Shown here in pieces: positions 1-11,850 of a stretch of 64,000 bases of DNA (position 1 is its first letter; each line of letters starts with the position of its first letter). Origin of the DNA: Leucoraja ocellata (lineage: Eukaryota); assembly GCA_036785375.1 (NCBI GenBank), contig JAWMAR010000612.1:1-64000 (forward strand). Direction: 5' to 3'. Below the pieces are notes generated by a model. The model had not been told where the DNA came from. It saw only the letters and a program-made list of their open reading frames with translations, and did not search any database. The translations under genes and the position numbers were made by a program.

Positions 1-39
1 GTCAGGAACGAGCAAGATCACTAAATCAATACTTCTCAT

Positions 40-1200
40 TGGTATTCACCAGGGAAAAGGAGACTGGGGAATTAAGGAAGCGGTATTCTTGAGGAAGAAG
101 AAAGTTTTAGAAGTATTGAAGCATTTTGGATTGGATACATCTACAGGCCTGATGGGATCTATCCCAGGCTTTTAATAGAAGCAAGGAGATTGCTGGGGGT
201 CTGATAAGATTTTTTTTTGTATCTTCATTGAGCATGGAATAAAACTAATGTCTCCTTGTTCAAAAACGAAAGTAGGGATAGGCCTGGAAATTACAAGGCA
301 GTGAGCCTTACATCTGTGATTGAGAAGTTGTTGGAAAGTTTCTGAGGAGCAGAATTTATTTTCACTTGCAAAGACAGGGACTGATTAGGAGACAGCATGG
401 TTTTGTGCCAGGGAAACCATGTCTCACAAATTGAGCATATTTGAGAGGGTGACGAAGAAAATTGACAAAGGCAGAGAGGTGAATGTAGTTCACAAGAGCT
501 TTAAGCTCTTGGTAGGCTGGTCCAGAAGGTTAAGGCACACAGGATGGAGGTATGTTGGTGGACTTGATCCAAAATTGTCTGGGTGATGGGAGGCAGAAGG
601 TAGTGGCGTGATTAGTGAGTTTGTTGATGATTGGAAAATTAGTGGAGTCATAAATTGTGTCATTAAGTATGTAAGCTATGTCGCTCTTCCAGGAGCTATG
701 TCGCTCTTCCAGGGAGATGCTAAATGCATTTTGTTGTCTCTGTACTGTACATTGACAATGACAATTAAAATTGAATCTGAATCTGAATCGGTATATACAG
801 CTGGACATAGATCAGCTGGAAAATTGGGTGAGTGGTAGCAGATAGAATTTAATCCAGATAAGTGTGAGGTCAATTGTAGGATGTATAAAATAAATGGTAG
901 GGCTCTTAGGAACATAGATTTACAGAGATCTTGAGGCTCATGTTCATAGCTCCCTGAAAATGGTAGCATAAGTGGATAGGGTAGTTTGGTATGCTTTCTT
1001 TCATAGGCTGAGGCATGAAGAGTTGGGATGTCATGTTGTAATTGTATAAAGCACCAGTTAGACCATAAATTGGGTATTGTGTACAGTTCTGGATGCTACA
1101 CTACAGGAAGGATGGGGTAGAAATAAACATACTGGTGAAGGGATGCATTAGTAATTAACCTAGAATAGAGAGCTGTAATTGCAAGGGAAGATTGGATAAG
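40..1200 (+). mobile_element. Decayed CR1 LINE ORF2 (RT) fragment
   Basis: Frameshifted CR1 RT motifs: PLFK..GNY..VSLTSV, cagcatggttttgtg (QHGF), aatccagataagtgtgaggt (NP.KCEV), RP.L.YCVQFW. Confidence 0.8.
630..789 (+). mobile_element. Rex1/Babar-type LINE 3' end nested in the CR1
   Basis: tgtactgtacattgacaatgacaattaaaa followed by a (tgaatc)n tail; contains a 20-bp tandem duplication agctatgtcgctcttccagg. Confidence 0.6.
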
Positions 1201-1309
1201 CTGGTTTTATTCACATGCGATAAACACATAAGGAAATAAGCAGATGACCAAATGCTCACACACTTGTAAAATCAGATTTTAAGTAGCATGTTAAAAGAGA
1301 AAAGTAAAA

Positions 1310-1560
1310 ACTGGTGAGGCAGACACATTTAGAGAGAATATTCCAGAGCTGACAGTTCAAGTATCTGGAGGTGTTGGTGGAGAGAGACAATAGGCCAATT
1401 AAGGGGCTGGAATTGGAGGAGTGCAAAGATTTAGGGGGTTGCAAGACTGTGGGACATTACAAAAAAGTGAGCAATGAGCTCATGGAGAGTTGGAACTGTG
1501 AGCAAGAATTTTGAAATGAAGGCATTGCTCAACTAGGAGCCAAGGTCGGTCAGTGTGAAT
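1310..1560 (-). mobile_element. Old L2-like LINE fragment
   Basis: Antisense L2-like pattern (gagagaatattccagagct...ttttgaaatgaaggcattg...ggagccaa); similar stretches at ~30950-31230 and ~51300-51600. Confidence 0.4.
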
Positions 1561-2479
1561 AAGGAGGTAGTTGGCTTGATAAATGACCTAAACTTACCCA
1601 CGCAACAGTCACGACTATATGGTGCCAATTGCTGTGCGTGCAAAACTGTTTGGGAGGTTTCCCAAGAAATGTTACCGTAAGTCAAGTCCTTTCAGAGTAG
1701 GACACAAATGGAACTAAAACAAGGCACACAGCAATGAAACAGAAATGTGTTTCAATAGAAAAGTATATCACAGTGTAACAGAGTTTTATTGGCATTAAAA
1801 CTTCACTGGCATCAAACATGTATTTACATTGTTGGCAACAACATTTTACTGGCACCAAAACTTAATTGCCTGTAAAAGAAGGTAATTGAAAAGCTAAAAA
1901 ATGTAACCAATTTTCCAGTGTTTAGAAGATTCCAATAAAAATGGGATAACATCAGGTTCCATCTAATATCATACCAGATGCCATAAATTACTTGTCAAGG
2001 CAGAGCCAGAAAGAAAGTAATTTATGTGGAAAACCATCCCAAGTGGTTTCGCAGAAGTGTATGCAAAAAAAAAGACATCGATAAAGGAGATCCTTTACCC
2101 ATTGTTCTGTCATTGAGAAATAGATGCTAGACTCCAGTCTGTATGGTGAACCTGCTGTTTTGGATATCATCATATAAAAGAAGTATTTCTGATGGGCAGA
2201 TAAATGTAAGAAACAATCTCCTATATACGATTTTGGAAAACCATCAAGGATGCCAATAGGAAATTCTGGACCAATCCCGAGTCCTTGGACAACCATGCAT
2301 TGATGGTGACGAAGTGTACATGCTTAATGGGTTACAAATTGAAGTGGAGCGGTATATCGCAGGCAACAATGTGTTCCATGTCTCACCCTGATGAGTTCTG
2401 CATTCTATGCTTGCTTTGAACAGAAGGTCAGTGGAATGACGTTATCTACCCCGACAGCCTCAGCTGCAAAGTATACCAA

Positions 2480-3220
2480 CAGTTGGTGTCGCAGATGTCA
2501 GATCGGCCTACCTGGGAGTGAACTCAGTCAGCAATTGGCCCAGATGGAATTCCCTGCTGTATCGCCAAAACCTATGCTGAGCAGCTGGCAGGAGTTTACA
2601 CTGGCATCTTTAATCTCACCATGCTCTATTCTGAATTTCCCACCTGCTTTATGAAGTAACATCCTGGTGCCAAAGAAAAGCAAGGTAGAATGCCTTAATG
2701 ATTACCGTGGCTCTGACATCCACCATCATGAAGTGCATCAAGGTCATATAATAAGCCCTACCAGATATCCTTGATCCATTGCAGTTTGCCTAGTGGAACA
2801 GGTTCATACAGATGGCATCTACCTGGCACCCACACTCATTGCTGGAACATCTGGATAATAAGGAAGAAACGTCGCCCTTCCTTCTCTCCAGAGATGCTAC
2901 CTCACCCGCTGAGTTACTCCAGCATTTTGTGTCTAGCTTGCGTAAGATTATTGATTGATATAGCTTCACCTTCATCACCATAATTCCAATCAAACTCATC
3001 TCCAAACTTTTGGACCTAGGGGTCATCCCCCTCTGCATTCCTCAATCTGACCCGCAGACCACAATCGGTGAGGAAATACAACAAAACATCCTCCATGATA
3101 ATTCCCAACCCTAGTGCCCGCAAGGATGCATTCTCAGTCTCATGCAATATTCCATTTACACTCATAACTATGTGGCTGATTTCTGCAAATATCACCAGCA
3201 TATTCTTTTGAATTGCAGAT
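2480..3220 (+). mobile_element. Rex1/Babar LINE RT fragment, interrupted by a Penelope-type piece at ~2870-2937
   Basis: Encodes GPDGIP..KT.AEQLAGV...IFNL, PKK.KV.CLNDY, LLIDYS..F.TIIP.KL and ends at K(F)AD. Confidence 0.8.
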
Positions 3221-4207
3221 GTCGGCTACTGCTCGTGAGGAGGAGTGGAGTCTGTGGCAACAGCATGATGGACAGCGGGCGAGTCTCGGCTTCTGGACAA
3301 AGACATTGCCTGATCTCCCCCGCCGCGCGATATTCACCCTTTGAACGACAGTTATTTGCATGTTACTTGGCACTTCTTGCTACCGAACACCTTATGGCGG
3401 GTGGGATAGTGGTTATGCGCCCTCTCTTACCTATTATTACCTGGGTTAAGTCCGCCAATATCTCCCATAAGGAGGAACACGCACAGCTCTCCTCTATTGT
3501 AAAATGGAAATGGTACATCTCTGATAGGGCTGAGAGAGGCCCTGACAGTGTTAGCCGTCTGCATGAGGAGGTCATGGCTCCACCTTTGTCCGATGATAAT
3601 ACTCCAGTCCAACTATACACCGAATCCTGGGCAGTTGCCAACGGTATGGCTGTGTGGATGACACAGTGTCAGTCCCAGGGGTGGGGAATACATGGTCTGC
3701 ACCAGCTAATGACCGTGTATGGCACCACATGGGAGATTCAGTCTGAAAACAGGTCCCACTTCACCGGTCACAAAGTATAACAGTGGGCAGTTGATGATGA
3801 GGTGCAGTGAACCCTCCACATCTCGTATTACCCGCAAGCAGCAGGGCTGGTGGAGCGTATGAATGGTCTACTTAAAAAGCAGATATGTACACTAACCTCC
3901 TCCCATACACTCAAGGGGTGGGCCCTAGTGTTGCAGCAAGCAGTAAACAACTTGAACCAACGGCCTTTGGCAGGGTGAAACACCCATGAGCCGACACCTG
4001 GCTGTTGCAATCGAGCCAGATGACGCCACACCGACGAAAGAACATCAGGAAGACGCCCGGAAGCTGTGAGTTTCGTTCCCCGTTGGGGGACTCCCTCGCA
4101 AGGGGGAAGTTATTGCTGCAGCACAGGGCAATACGCAGTGGCTTTTGGTGACCGGGGAGGATAAACCTAGATGTCTACCTTTACAGCACTTAACCAGGCG
4201 AGAGTAA
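3220..4207 (+). pseudogene. pol: Class III (ERV-L/ERV-S-like) endogenous retrovirus pol remnant (connection, RNase H, integrase) with internal deletions
   Basis: WSLWQ..LGFWTK.LP, YSPFERQLFACYLAL..TEHL, MRP.LPI..WV, AQ.SSIVKWKWYI.DRA..GP, LHEEV, LYTESWAVANG, PQAAGLVERMNGLLK, GW..VLQQAV..LNQRP, EV.A..QGNTQW; these match HERV-L Pol blocks as I recall them. Confidence 0.88.
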
Positions 4208-4238
4208 GCCAGCTCCGTCTTCTCTTTACAGAACAATC

Positions 4239-4620
4239 ATGAGGCACATCATGTGTATCGGACGATGGCATGGGCTGATACTTCTGGCAGTGCTGGCTGC
4301 CGCATCACTTGTCTGCACGGAATCAAACGCCTATCTCTCGCTCCTGCATGCGTACCTACGTAAACTGAGTTTGTGCACATGTCCCACATCACAGACAACA
4401 GGACCACTCTCAGGCTAGTAGTTGCAGGGCAGGCTATCCAAGCCCTGAGTGCTGAAATGGTGGCAATACGAACTGATCTTGGGAGTTTGGAGCTTGTGGG
4501 CATATGCCATGGCTGGTGACTGGGCTTGTTTTGGTGGTGGCATAATATTCTGGAATTGTGTGCTTCCTTACTGCCGTGTGAGGAGTGCCAAGAGAGTGAA
4601 GGGATGGTATTGAGCCTGTG
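4239..4620 (+). pseudogene. env: Retroviral env remnant (signal peptide, SU start, TM heptad and hydrophobic anchor fragments)
   Basis: Acceptor tcttctctttacag (AG 4230-4231), ATG 4239, MRHIMCIGRWHGLILLAVLAAASLVCTESNAYLSLL; in another frame AGQAIQALSAEMVAIRT, then a hydrophobic WLVTGLVLVVA stretch. Confidence 0.6.
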
Positions 4621-4651
4621 GGCCGAATGTAATGGGATTTGGGGTGTATGT

Positions 4652-5539
4652 TGTTACGGTGAAATTGTGTTCAAAACACAACTTTGCATGCTTGGGCTGA
4701 TTAAAAGGGGCCAGTAAATCATGGGGATGCTTGCAAGGCCATTGAGATAATATTTGCTTTCACAGAGACATCTGAAACTAGCTCAGTGTCTGATAGAACA
4801 CATAACTCATGCCTTTATGGCATGGATAGGTAGTTTGACATAATCTCACATTCATAGAGATATAATAATTATACTTTACTTGTGATTATTATTGTTTGTA
4901 TAATCATTAACATGTAGTTAGATGGACGCTAATGTAGACGGATGACTCCAAGAGTTGGAGTGCAGTGTGAGGGTTGAACTAACAATTTCAGCTAAAATGT
5001 GAAATGGAGTTATCAGCCTAATTAGCAGCCATACATCCCACGGTCTACGAAAACAAGTTTATCTCCTCGCACCTGCGATCAGTGCATGGGAAAGGCTGCG
5101 TTGGCGAACAAAACACAGCAATGTTTGAGTAGATGTTCCCAAACAATGTCTAGTTGAGCTGAGCAAAACAACAGCAATAGTTGGGTAGATCACCTGTGCC
5201 CCCTGCCGCAAGTAGCGCAGAAACGTTGCAGACAAGGGGGGCTTATGATTGGGTCGGGGAGGGGGCAGTGGCGCGGTCTGCTCTGATAAGAAATGCCATA
5301 AAGATTGGTGTTGGGTGCCCTTTTGGGGAGAGAACCTCAGCCTTGGACTGTGTCGCGAACAGTGCCAGGTGATCTTGAACGAAACATCCCGTGGCGTGCT
5401 TTGCTGTGTACTCGGGGTTTGCGAGTGTGTTCAGGGATATTCGGGGATACGCGAGTGTATGTGCCTTATTTAGGAGTGTAATAAAATACTGAGTGAAACA
5501 AAATTGTTATCTGAATCCAGTGATTTATCAAACGCAACG
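4652..5539 (+). mobile_element. Putative 3' LTR of the ERV
   Basis: Preceded by a G-rich PPT-like gggatttggggtg; starts TGTTACG and ends CGCAACG (imperfect inverted ends); AATAAA at 5480-5485. Confidence 0.6.
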
Positions 5540-5769
5540 TGTGTCAGGGAGGACCAGTGTGATGGATTGATATGACATTGGTTAGGCAAAGCGTATTGGA
5601 TTGTGGAGAGTCCAATTGGCAAAGGAATAAAAGAGTCCTGTAAGTGGTTACAAGACTAAACCCCCAAATTGTTGTTTCATAGTCCAGCTGAGACTTGAGA
5701 AATACTGTGATCTCAAGAAGATCTGACTTTTTAAATATTAGTTTACATGATTTGAATGTAGCCGACAAG

Positions 5770-6865
5770 GTTAGCATTTATAGTCCAACCCTAATTGCCG
5801 TTCAGGAGGTGGTATTGAGCCATCTTCTTTGACTGCTGCAGTCTTCCTAGTAAATGTACACTTGTAGTGCGGGTGGGGAGAACGTTTCGGGATATCGATA
5901 CAGTGATGCTTTCCCCAATTAATCTTAATAACTTCTACAGATGCACTGTAGAAAACATCCTATTGGGTGCTTCCCAACTTGTTTTAGCAAATGCTCTGCC
6001 CAAGACCGCAAGAAACTGCAGAGAGTTGTCAAGAGTGTTTTATTGTCACATGTCCCAGATAGTACAATGAAATGAGAAAAAAAATCAATGTATACACATA
6101 ACAAACAAACAATAATAGTGTGTGTTGTTCAGAGCTTATGAGGTTGTAGTGTTTAATAGCCCAATGGCTGTAGGGAAGAAGCTGTTCCTGAACCTGGACG
6201 TTACAGTTTTCAGGTTCCTGTACCTTCTTCCAGATGGCAGGGGTGAAATGAGTGTGTGGCCAGGGTGGTGTGAGGGTCTTTGATGATGCAGTCCAGTTGA
6301 TTTCGCAAACCAGTCTCCCCTACATTGACTCCATCTATACTTGATGCTGCCTGGGCAAAGTGGCCAACATAATCAAGGACTTCAGTCATTTCCTCTTCTC
6401 CCTTTGTTTGTCCAGCAGAGAATACAAAATCTTAAAAGCAAGTACCATCAGATTCAGGAACAGCTTCTTCCCCACTGTTATCAGACTATCACCAACCTCT
6501 CATAAGCTTGCCCCGAGCTCTCAACTTATCTAATTGCAACCCTTGCACCTTTTCTTTTGTCTGCATTCTCACTGTAGCTGTGGCTATATTCTACACTCTG
6601 GTTATTATCCTCTTCGGACTACTTGTAACCAAAGATCTTAGAGCAGAGCTCTAAGATCTTTGCTTGTAACTGTACAGATTGATTGTACTCCATGTAATGT
6701 TTTGACTGGATAGCACACAAACTGGGTTTTTCCACTGTGTCTTGGTTTACATGACAATAATAATCCAATACCAAGATTAATGATGAAGGAATGGTAATAT
6801 GTTTCCAAGTCAGAATTATGTACGACTTGGAGTGGATCCTGCATGTTGCAGTGTTTTCCGGTACT
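5770..6865 (-). mobile_element. Old CR1-group 3' fragment (5770-5905 plus 6780-6865) split by Rex1 insertions
   Basis: gcatttatagtccaaccctaattgcc...gagccatcttc resumes at tgaaggaatggtaatatgtttccaagtcag. Confidence 0.5.
5906..6775 (+). mobile_element. Rex1/Babar 3' portion containing a nested antisense Rex1 3' end (~6028-6290)
   Basis: NFYRCTVENIL, QDRKKLQRV, RFRNSFFPTVIRL; 3' UTR ttttccactgt..tacatgacaataa. Confidence 0.8.
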
Positions 6866-7124
6866 TGTGGCACTGTTGAGCATGACAGTTCCGTTTGGTG
6901 CACGCATTATTTTTGTACCCAAAAATATTTGTTACAGCTTTGTGTTTTGTCCTCTCTTCTTGCTGCCTCTGACAGATTTCTCACCCTCCTTTTGAAACGG
7001 ATGGCTCCTTGCAGGATTTTGTTGACACTGCTCTGCAACTTTTCAAATTATTCCTTCATTAATCAGCTCTGACATTGGTTGTAGGTAACTTGACCAAAGT
7101 CACAGACAAGGTCAATATCTCTTC

Positions 7125-7305
7125 AGCAAAAGAAAAGCCACCAGAAAAACTCAGTAGGTCAGATAGTATGTGCCAGACCTAATGCAAGGTCTAAACGTGA
7201 AAGACGATTATCCCTTAGCCTCCACAAATGTTGGATGACCTGCTGAGTTCTTCTAGCAACTTGATTTTTTACTCTTGAGTTACAACATCTGCCACCTCTA
7301 GTGTC
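7125..7305. mobile_element. Degenerate Penelope-derived hairpin element
   Basis: aactcagtaggtcaga ... tgacctgctgagttc inverted arms, as in the younger copies at 31258 and 38258. Confidence 0.55.
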
Positions 7306-7334
7306 TCAATTTATCGTCTTTCACCACTATGCCC

Positions 7335-7640
7335 ATGTTATGCAAACACATGCCACGGATGTACCATTCATAAACATACACAGAGGAAAACACAAAATGC
7401 AATATTTGCATTCACACCATATACACACATATAAACGCAAAACACATATAGACACAAAACACAAACATATCGCTCAATTCAGAAACAAGTTACATAGAAA
7501 AGGACATATACACAAACCGCACATATACAAATGTACATAAAATAATCACAATTATGCAGAGAAGAACACAAATACACAAGCCACTTACAAGCACAAATGC
7601 ACAAAACATGCACAGAAAATGCACAAACACACACTTCCTA
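7335..7640. repeat. Degenerate CA/ACAT-rich low-complexity tract
   Basis: Runs of acac, acat and aaac. Confidence 0.7.
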
Positions 7641-8589
7641 CATGAGCCACTGGTTATTGATCAACAGCCAACACATTGACCAATATTTCACCTCCCGAGC
7701 TCAAGGCCGCTGAGGCCAATTATAAGTTTTATCTCAGGTTGTAGCTATGCAAAGCAGGCACGCATCTGATTAATGGCTGCTTTACAAATGCTGATCTGCT
7801 AATTGGTTGTTTAAATAGGTCAGCTGAACACCTCATTACCTCCCAGCTGCTAGAGTCACAAGGTCTGTAAACGTTCACCCATCTGCTCCACACTATCCTA
7901 TTACTGCAAAGGCTTCAGAATACATTAGTTTGTGAACGACATCATGCTTTGCAGAAGATGACTGTTTATTGACAAGTGATTTGCGTGGAATTTTGGATTG
8001 AAGGGCCGTTTTGATTTATATTCCCAAATTGCAGCCCCTGCATTCAAGGGAGTAATGACCCAAGACTCTGCCAATGTGATAAGAAAGCAGAACCAGGCCA
8101 ACGAGAAAAGACTTAATCGCCTTTCCCATGATCCAAAGTTGAACCAGTGTAATTCCAAAAATGTAGAAAACCTTTCCTGATCATCTACTCGAATGCAGAA
8201 GTATTTTAACCACAATTATGGAAATCTTTTTATCACTTTAAGGGTAAGGTACCGTATCTCCTTCAATAAAGTATCATTATTGTTCCTGGTGAAAGTCAGG
8301 CTTTACAGAAAGGAATGTTTACTGCATTTAGGCTCTAATGACATGGCTGTGCCACTGAACTTAATGACAATCAGATGCTTGCAAGAGAGCTGGAGTTGCC
8401 CTCATTAAAAGCACATGAGTAGCTTAACCCTTTCACTGACTAACCACATAGACACAGGCTAAGTGTTTGGATAAAATAATTATGTTCAAGGTTATGTAAG
8501 TTGTTAACAGTGGTGTGTGATAAGGCTGAAGAAGGTGACAAGAAGGTGATTGATGGATGACCATCTTCTTAAGTAGTCCTTTGGGTTGA

Positions 8590-9935
8590 TGGTGACTTAC
8601 TTCCACAAGGATTCAGTGGACAGGTGAGGCTGGCTGGTGCAACGATGGGAGGCTTTGCCACAGGTGGGGATATTTGTGAATATCATCCACACTTTTGTTT
8701 CAGAGTCAAGAAATGCCCAATGATTCCTCGATTCTGTTTTTATTGTGAGCAACATGGGACAGACTGCAACAAGTCGCTGGAAATGTTACATCTTTTTAAG
8801 GAGATTTTGTGAACACTCTTGAAGCATTTTCTTTAACTGCCTGCCAAACTCTTTTTGCAATGGAGCTCTGAATACAGTTCCTGATTTCCGAGTTGGGCAT
8901 GTAGACGATGTGACACCCCCACCAGACTGGTTGATGATGGCTTGGGGGAGGTTACTGATGTTAGTTCACATATTGTTCCAATTAGACAATGGGTGCAGGA
9001 GTAGGCCATTCGGCCCTTCGAGCCAGCACCGCCATTCAATATGATCATGGCTGATCATCCACAATCAGTACCCCGTTCCTGCCTTCATGCCATTTCCCTT
9101 GGCTCCGCTATTTTTAAGAGCTCTATCTAACTCTCTCTTGAAAACATCCAGAGAATTGTCCTCCACTGCCTTCTGAGGCAGAGAATTCCCCAGATTCACA
9201 ACTCTCTGCGAAAGTTTTTCCTCATCGTTCTCAATGGCCTACCCCTTTTTCTTATCTGTGGCCCCGGTTCTGGTCTCCCCCAACATCCGGAACCTATTTC
9301 CTTCCTCTAGCATGTCCAAACCCTTAACGTTTCAATAAGATGCCCTCTCATCCTTCTAAATTCCAGCGTATACAAGCCCAGCTGCTCCATTCTATCAACA
9401 TATGACAGTCCTCATCCCAGGAACTAACCTACGTTGCACTCCCTCAATAGCAAGAATTACCTTCCTCAAATTTGGAGACCAATACTGCACACAATACTCC
9501 AGATGTGGTCTCACTAGGGCCCTGTACAACTGCAGAAGGACCTCTTTGCTCCTATACTCAACTCATCTTGTTATGAAGGCCAACATGCCATTCGCTTTCT
9601 TCACTGCCTGCTGTACCTGCATGAGTTGATGGGTTTTATTTGGCAAGGTTGTTCGAGTTTCTTAATGATTTGAGGTGCTTGCTTCAGAATGTTCATATCT
9701 CTGGACCTCCTAAAAGCACTGAGAGAGTTTGAAAATCTCTGCTGCTTGGCAGACCGTGAGCTTGGTGCATTTGTAATCTTAATTGTCAAGCACCTGTCTC
9801 CCCAGTTGACTGAAGGCCACGTTGCTGAGGTGGACGTTAATTTATTCATCAATGTCAACTCGTGCAAGAAATGGCCGTCAAGATATGGAAATTTGTTTTC
9901 CGTAATCTAGTCATGGATGTTGACAATTGGAGTCA
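8590..9935 (-). mobile_element. RTE-clade LINE fragment (8590-8980 plus 9625-9935) split by a CR1
   Basis: Minus strand gives FPYL.GH, AFG.L..RV and LYSEL..K...K.FK-like blocks typical of the RTE C-terminus. Confidence 0.6.
8983..9622 (-). mobile_element. HER1-type CR1 LINE 3' portion
   Basis: MQVQQAVKKANGMLAFI, RPHLEYCVQYWSP; 3' end ggctcgaagggccgaatggcctactcctgcacc with ttgtcta tail. Confidence 0.92.
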
Positions 9936-10505
9936 TACATCACGGAAACGGGCCCTTCGGTCCAAATTTGCCCATGCTGACCAAGATGCCCTATCTACGC
10001 ATGCCATCTGCCTGCATTTGGTCCATCTATACATACATAACTAAATCTCTGATCTTGTCCTCTTCCGGTTTTGCTTTTTTTTCTATTTGCGCAAGAACGG
10101 TGCACAATAGCACTACGATTTTTCGCTCACCATTCTCCTGTGCTACAAGGGCAACAAGTTCTGTTCCGATCGATGGTGTATTTTAAAAGTTATTAAGGTT
10201 TAAAAATCTTAAAATCAGCACATGCGCAGATTGGTCTCCTCTCCTAACAGTCGCCGTCACGCAGGTTGGTCTCCCATGAAGAGGAGGAGGAGGGAGTGCT
10301 GGGGGATGAGAGGAAATGAGCTGCGCCTGCGCAGTTGGGGGCTATGTGTGAGTGGTGGAATATTGCGTTGGGGGAACGGGTTGCGTTTGGGGAATGGGTG
10401 AGTGGTGGAATATTGCGTAGGGGGAGCAGACCCAACGGTTCTGCACTTAGTCTATCATCCCTCTAAACCTATGCATGTGCCTGTCCAAAAGGTTTTTAAA
10501 TGTTC
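9930..10505 (-). mobile_element. CR1 3' end split by a Helitron-like insertion
   Basis: ggaaacgggcccttcggtccaa...catttggtcca resumes at tccctctaaacc...gtccaaaaggtttttaaatg. Confidence 0.65.
10026..10454 (+). mobile_element. Non-autonomous Helitron-like element
   Basis: 5' TC after a host A; subterminal hairpin gcagaccc-aac-ggttctgc at 10426-10444; 3' CTA (CTAG lacking G) before T; no TSD. Confidence 0.65.
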
Positions 10506-10694
10506 TAGTGGGGCAACGGGAAGGCATGGTGAGAACCTATGTTTTCTGGATATTTGGTGTATGGCCCATTCCTTTGTACTGTTCAGTAGAGGAGTTAATG
10601 ATGACTTAGAGCTCAGTCTATGAGTGCTTGTGTATGCAGATGTCTGTACATTGTGATAAATGGTTGGTAGATCTTGACTCGATACCTAAAGTTG

Positions 10695-10835
10695 GAGATT
10701 TCAATATTCATATTGTTGTGTTGTAAGCTACCGAACTAGGAACTGTCGTGATTGTACTAGAGATTAAGGACTGAAGAAGGGTCTCGACCAGCACTGTCAC
10801 TTATCCATGTTCTCCAGAGTTGCTGCCTGACTGGC
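10695..10835. mobile_element. Penelope remnant: antisense C-terminus plus pLTR piece
   Basis: Minus strand GSLQHNNMNIEISNFR*; plus strand ctgaagaagggtctcgacc...tctccagagttgctgcctgac. Confidence 0.65.
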
Positions 10836-11427
10836 TGTGGATAGGAGTGCACTGCAGTGGTGACAAAGTGGGCCGGTTGGAGGCCCTGCAACAGCTTGGG
10901 GTTTGACCAGACACGGCTTACAACGGTGGAGCAGCAGCGGCAGAGGACACCACAGCTATGCTTGCCAGGCATATACTGCAACATTGCCCGGACAATGGGC
11001 CTTCATGGTAATTTGGGAGTTGCAATTCTGGTGGTATCGTATAGCCAGTTAAAAAGGCTGATAAGAAACGAGGAGCAATGAAACAGCCTCTCTTGACCTC
11101 AGTCTGCACTGAGACCTGACATCAGCATATTCTTTATGAACATGACTTGCATGTCATCCCATAGCAGATCAGGATGGAAACAAATTTCCAAAGGCAGCTC
11201 CATTAGTGAAGTTTTCTTTATGAACCGATGATGTCAATAACATTTTTTTTGCATGATGAGAAAAGACCATTTACAGTGTTGTATTACTGCAAATCTGAGT
11301 TAGATAACTATTGTCATCATATCTCAACTGGGATAAGTACCATTCGAAGATAAAAGGGTAAATCTACTAACATTTTCACCCTTTGCTATCCTGCTAGTAG
11401 ATGCGCAGGTAGGGGAAGGAAATGAGA

Positions 11428-11850
11428 GGTCAATAGTCAGATTTATTCGTCACATACACAATAAAGTGCAGTGAAACGAACTTGCCAGCAGCGGTACAAT
11501 AAAAAAGAACACACAATACACAATAAAAATTTAACACAAACATCCACCACAGCATTCATCACTGTGGTGGAAGGCACAAGGTTTAGTCAGTCCTCCATTT
11601 TCCCCCGTGGTCGGGACCGCCACCCTCCACAGTCGCCGCTGCGGGCGACCAAATGTGCAGACAAGGTAAGTCCTGATTCGGTGCTTCCCTACCGGAAACC
11701 GCAACTTCAAGATGGCCACAGGCCGGCGGTCGAAGATCTAAGACCCCGCTGCGCCCTGGTTAGAAGCACAGCAGACCGCGGCTTCAAAAGATGTTGTAGG
11801 CCGCGGGCCGGCAGTCAGAGCTCTTCTCCAGAGATTCCCAGAGAGGCAGT
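11428..11850 (-). mobile_element. GC-rich non-autonomous retroposon with a Rex1-like 3' tail
   Basis: tttattcgtcacatacac tail; same layout (ccaccacag..ccc.cg.ggtcggg) at 57715-58510. Confidence 0.5.
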
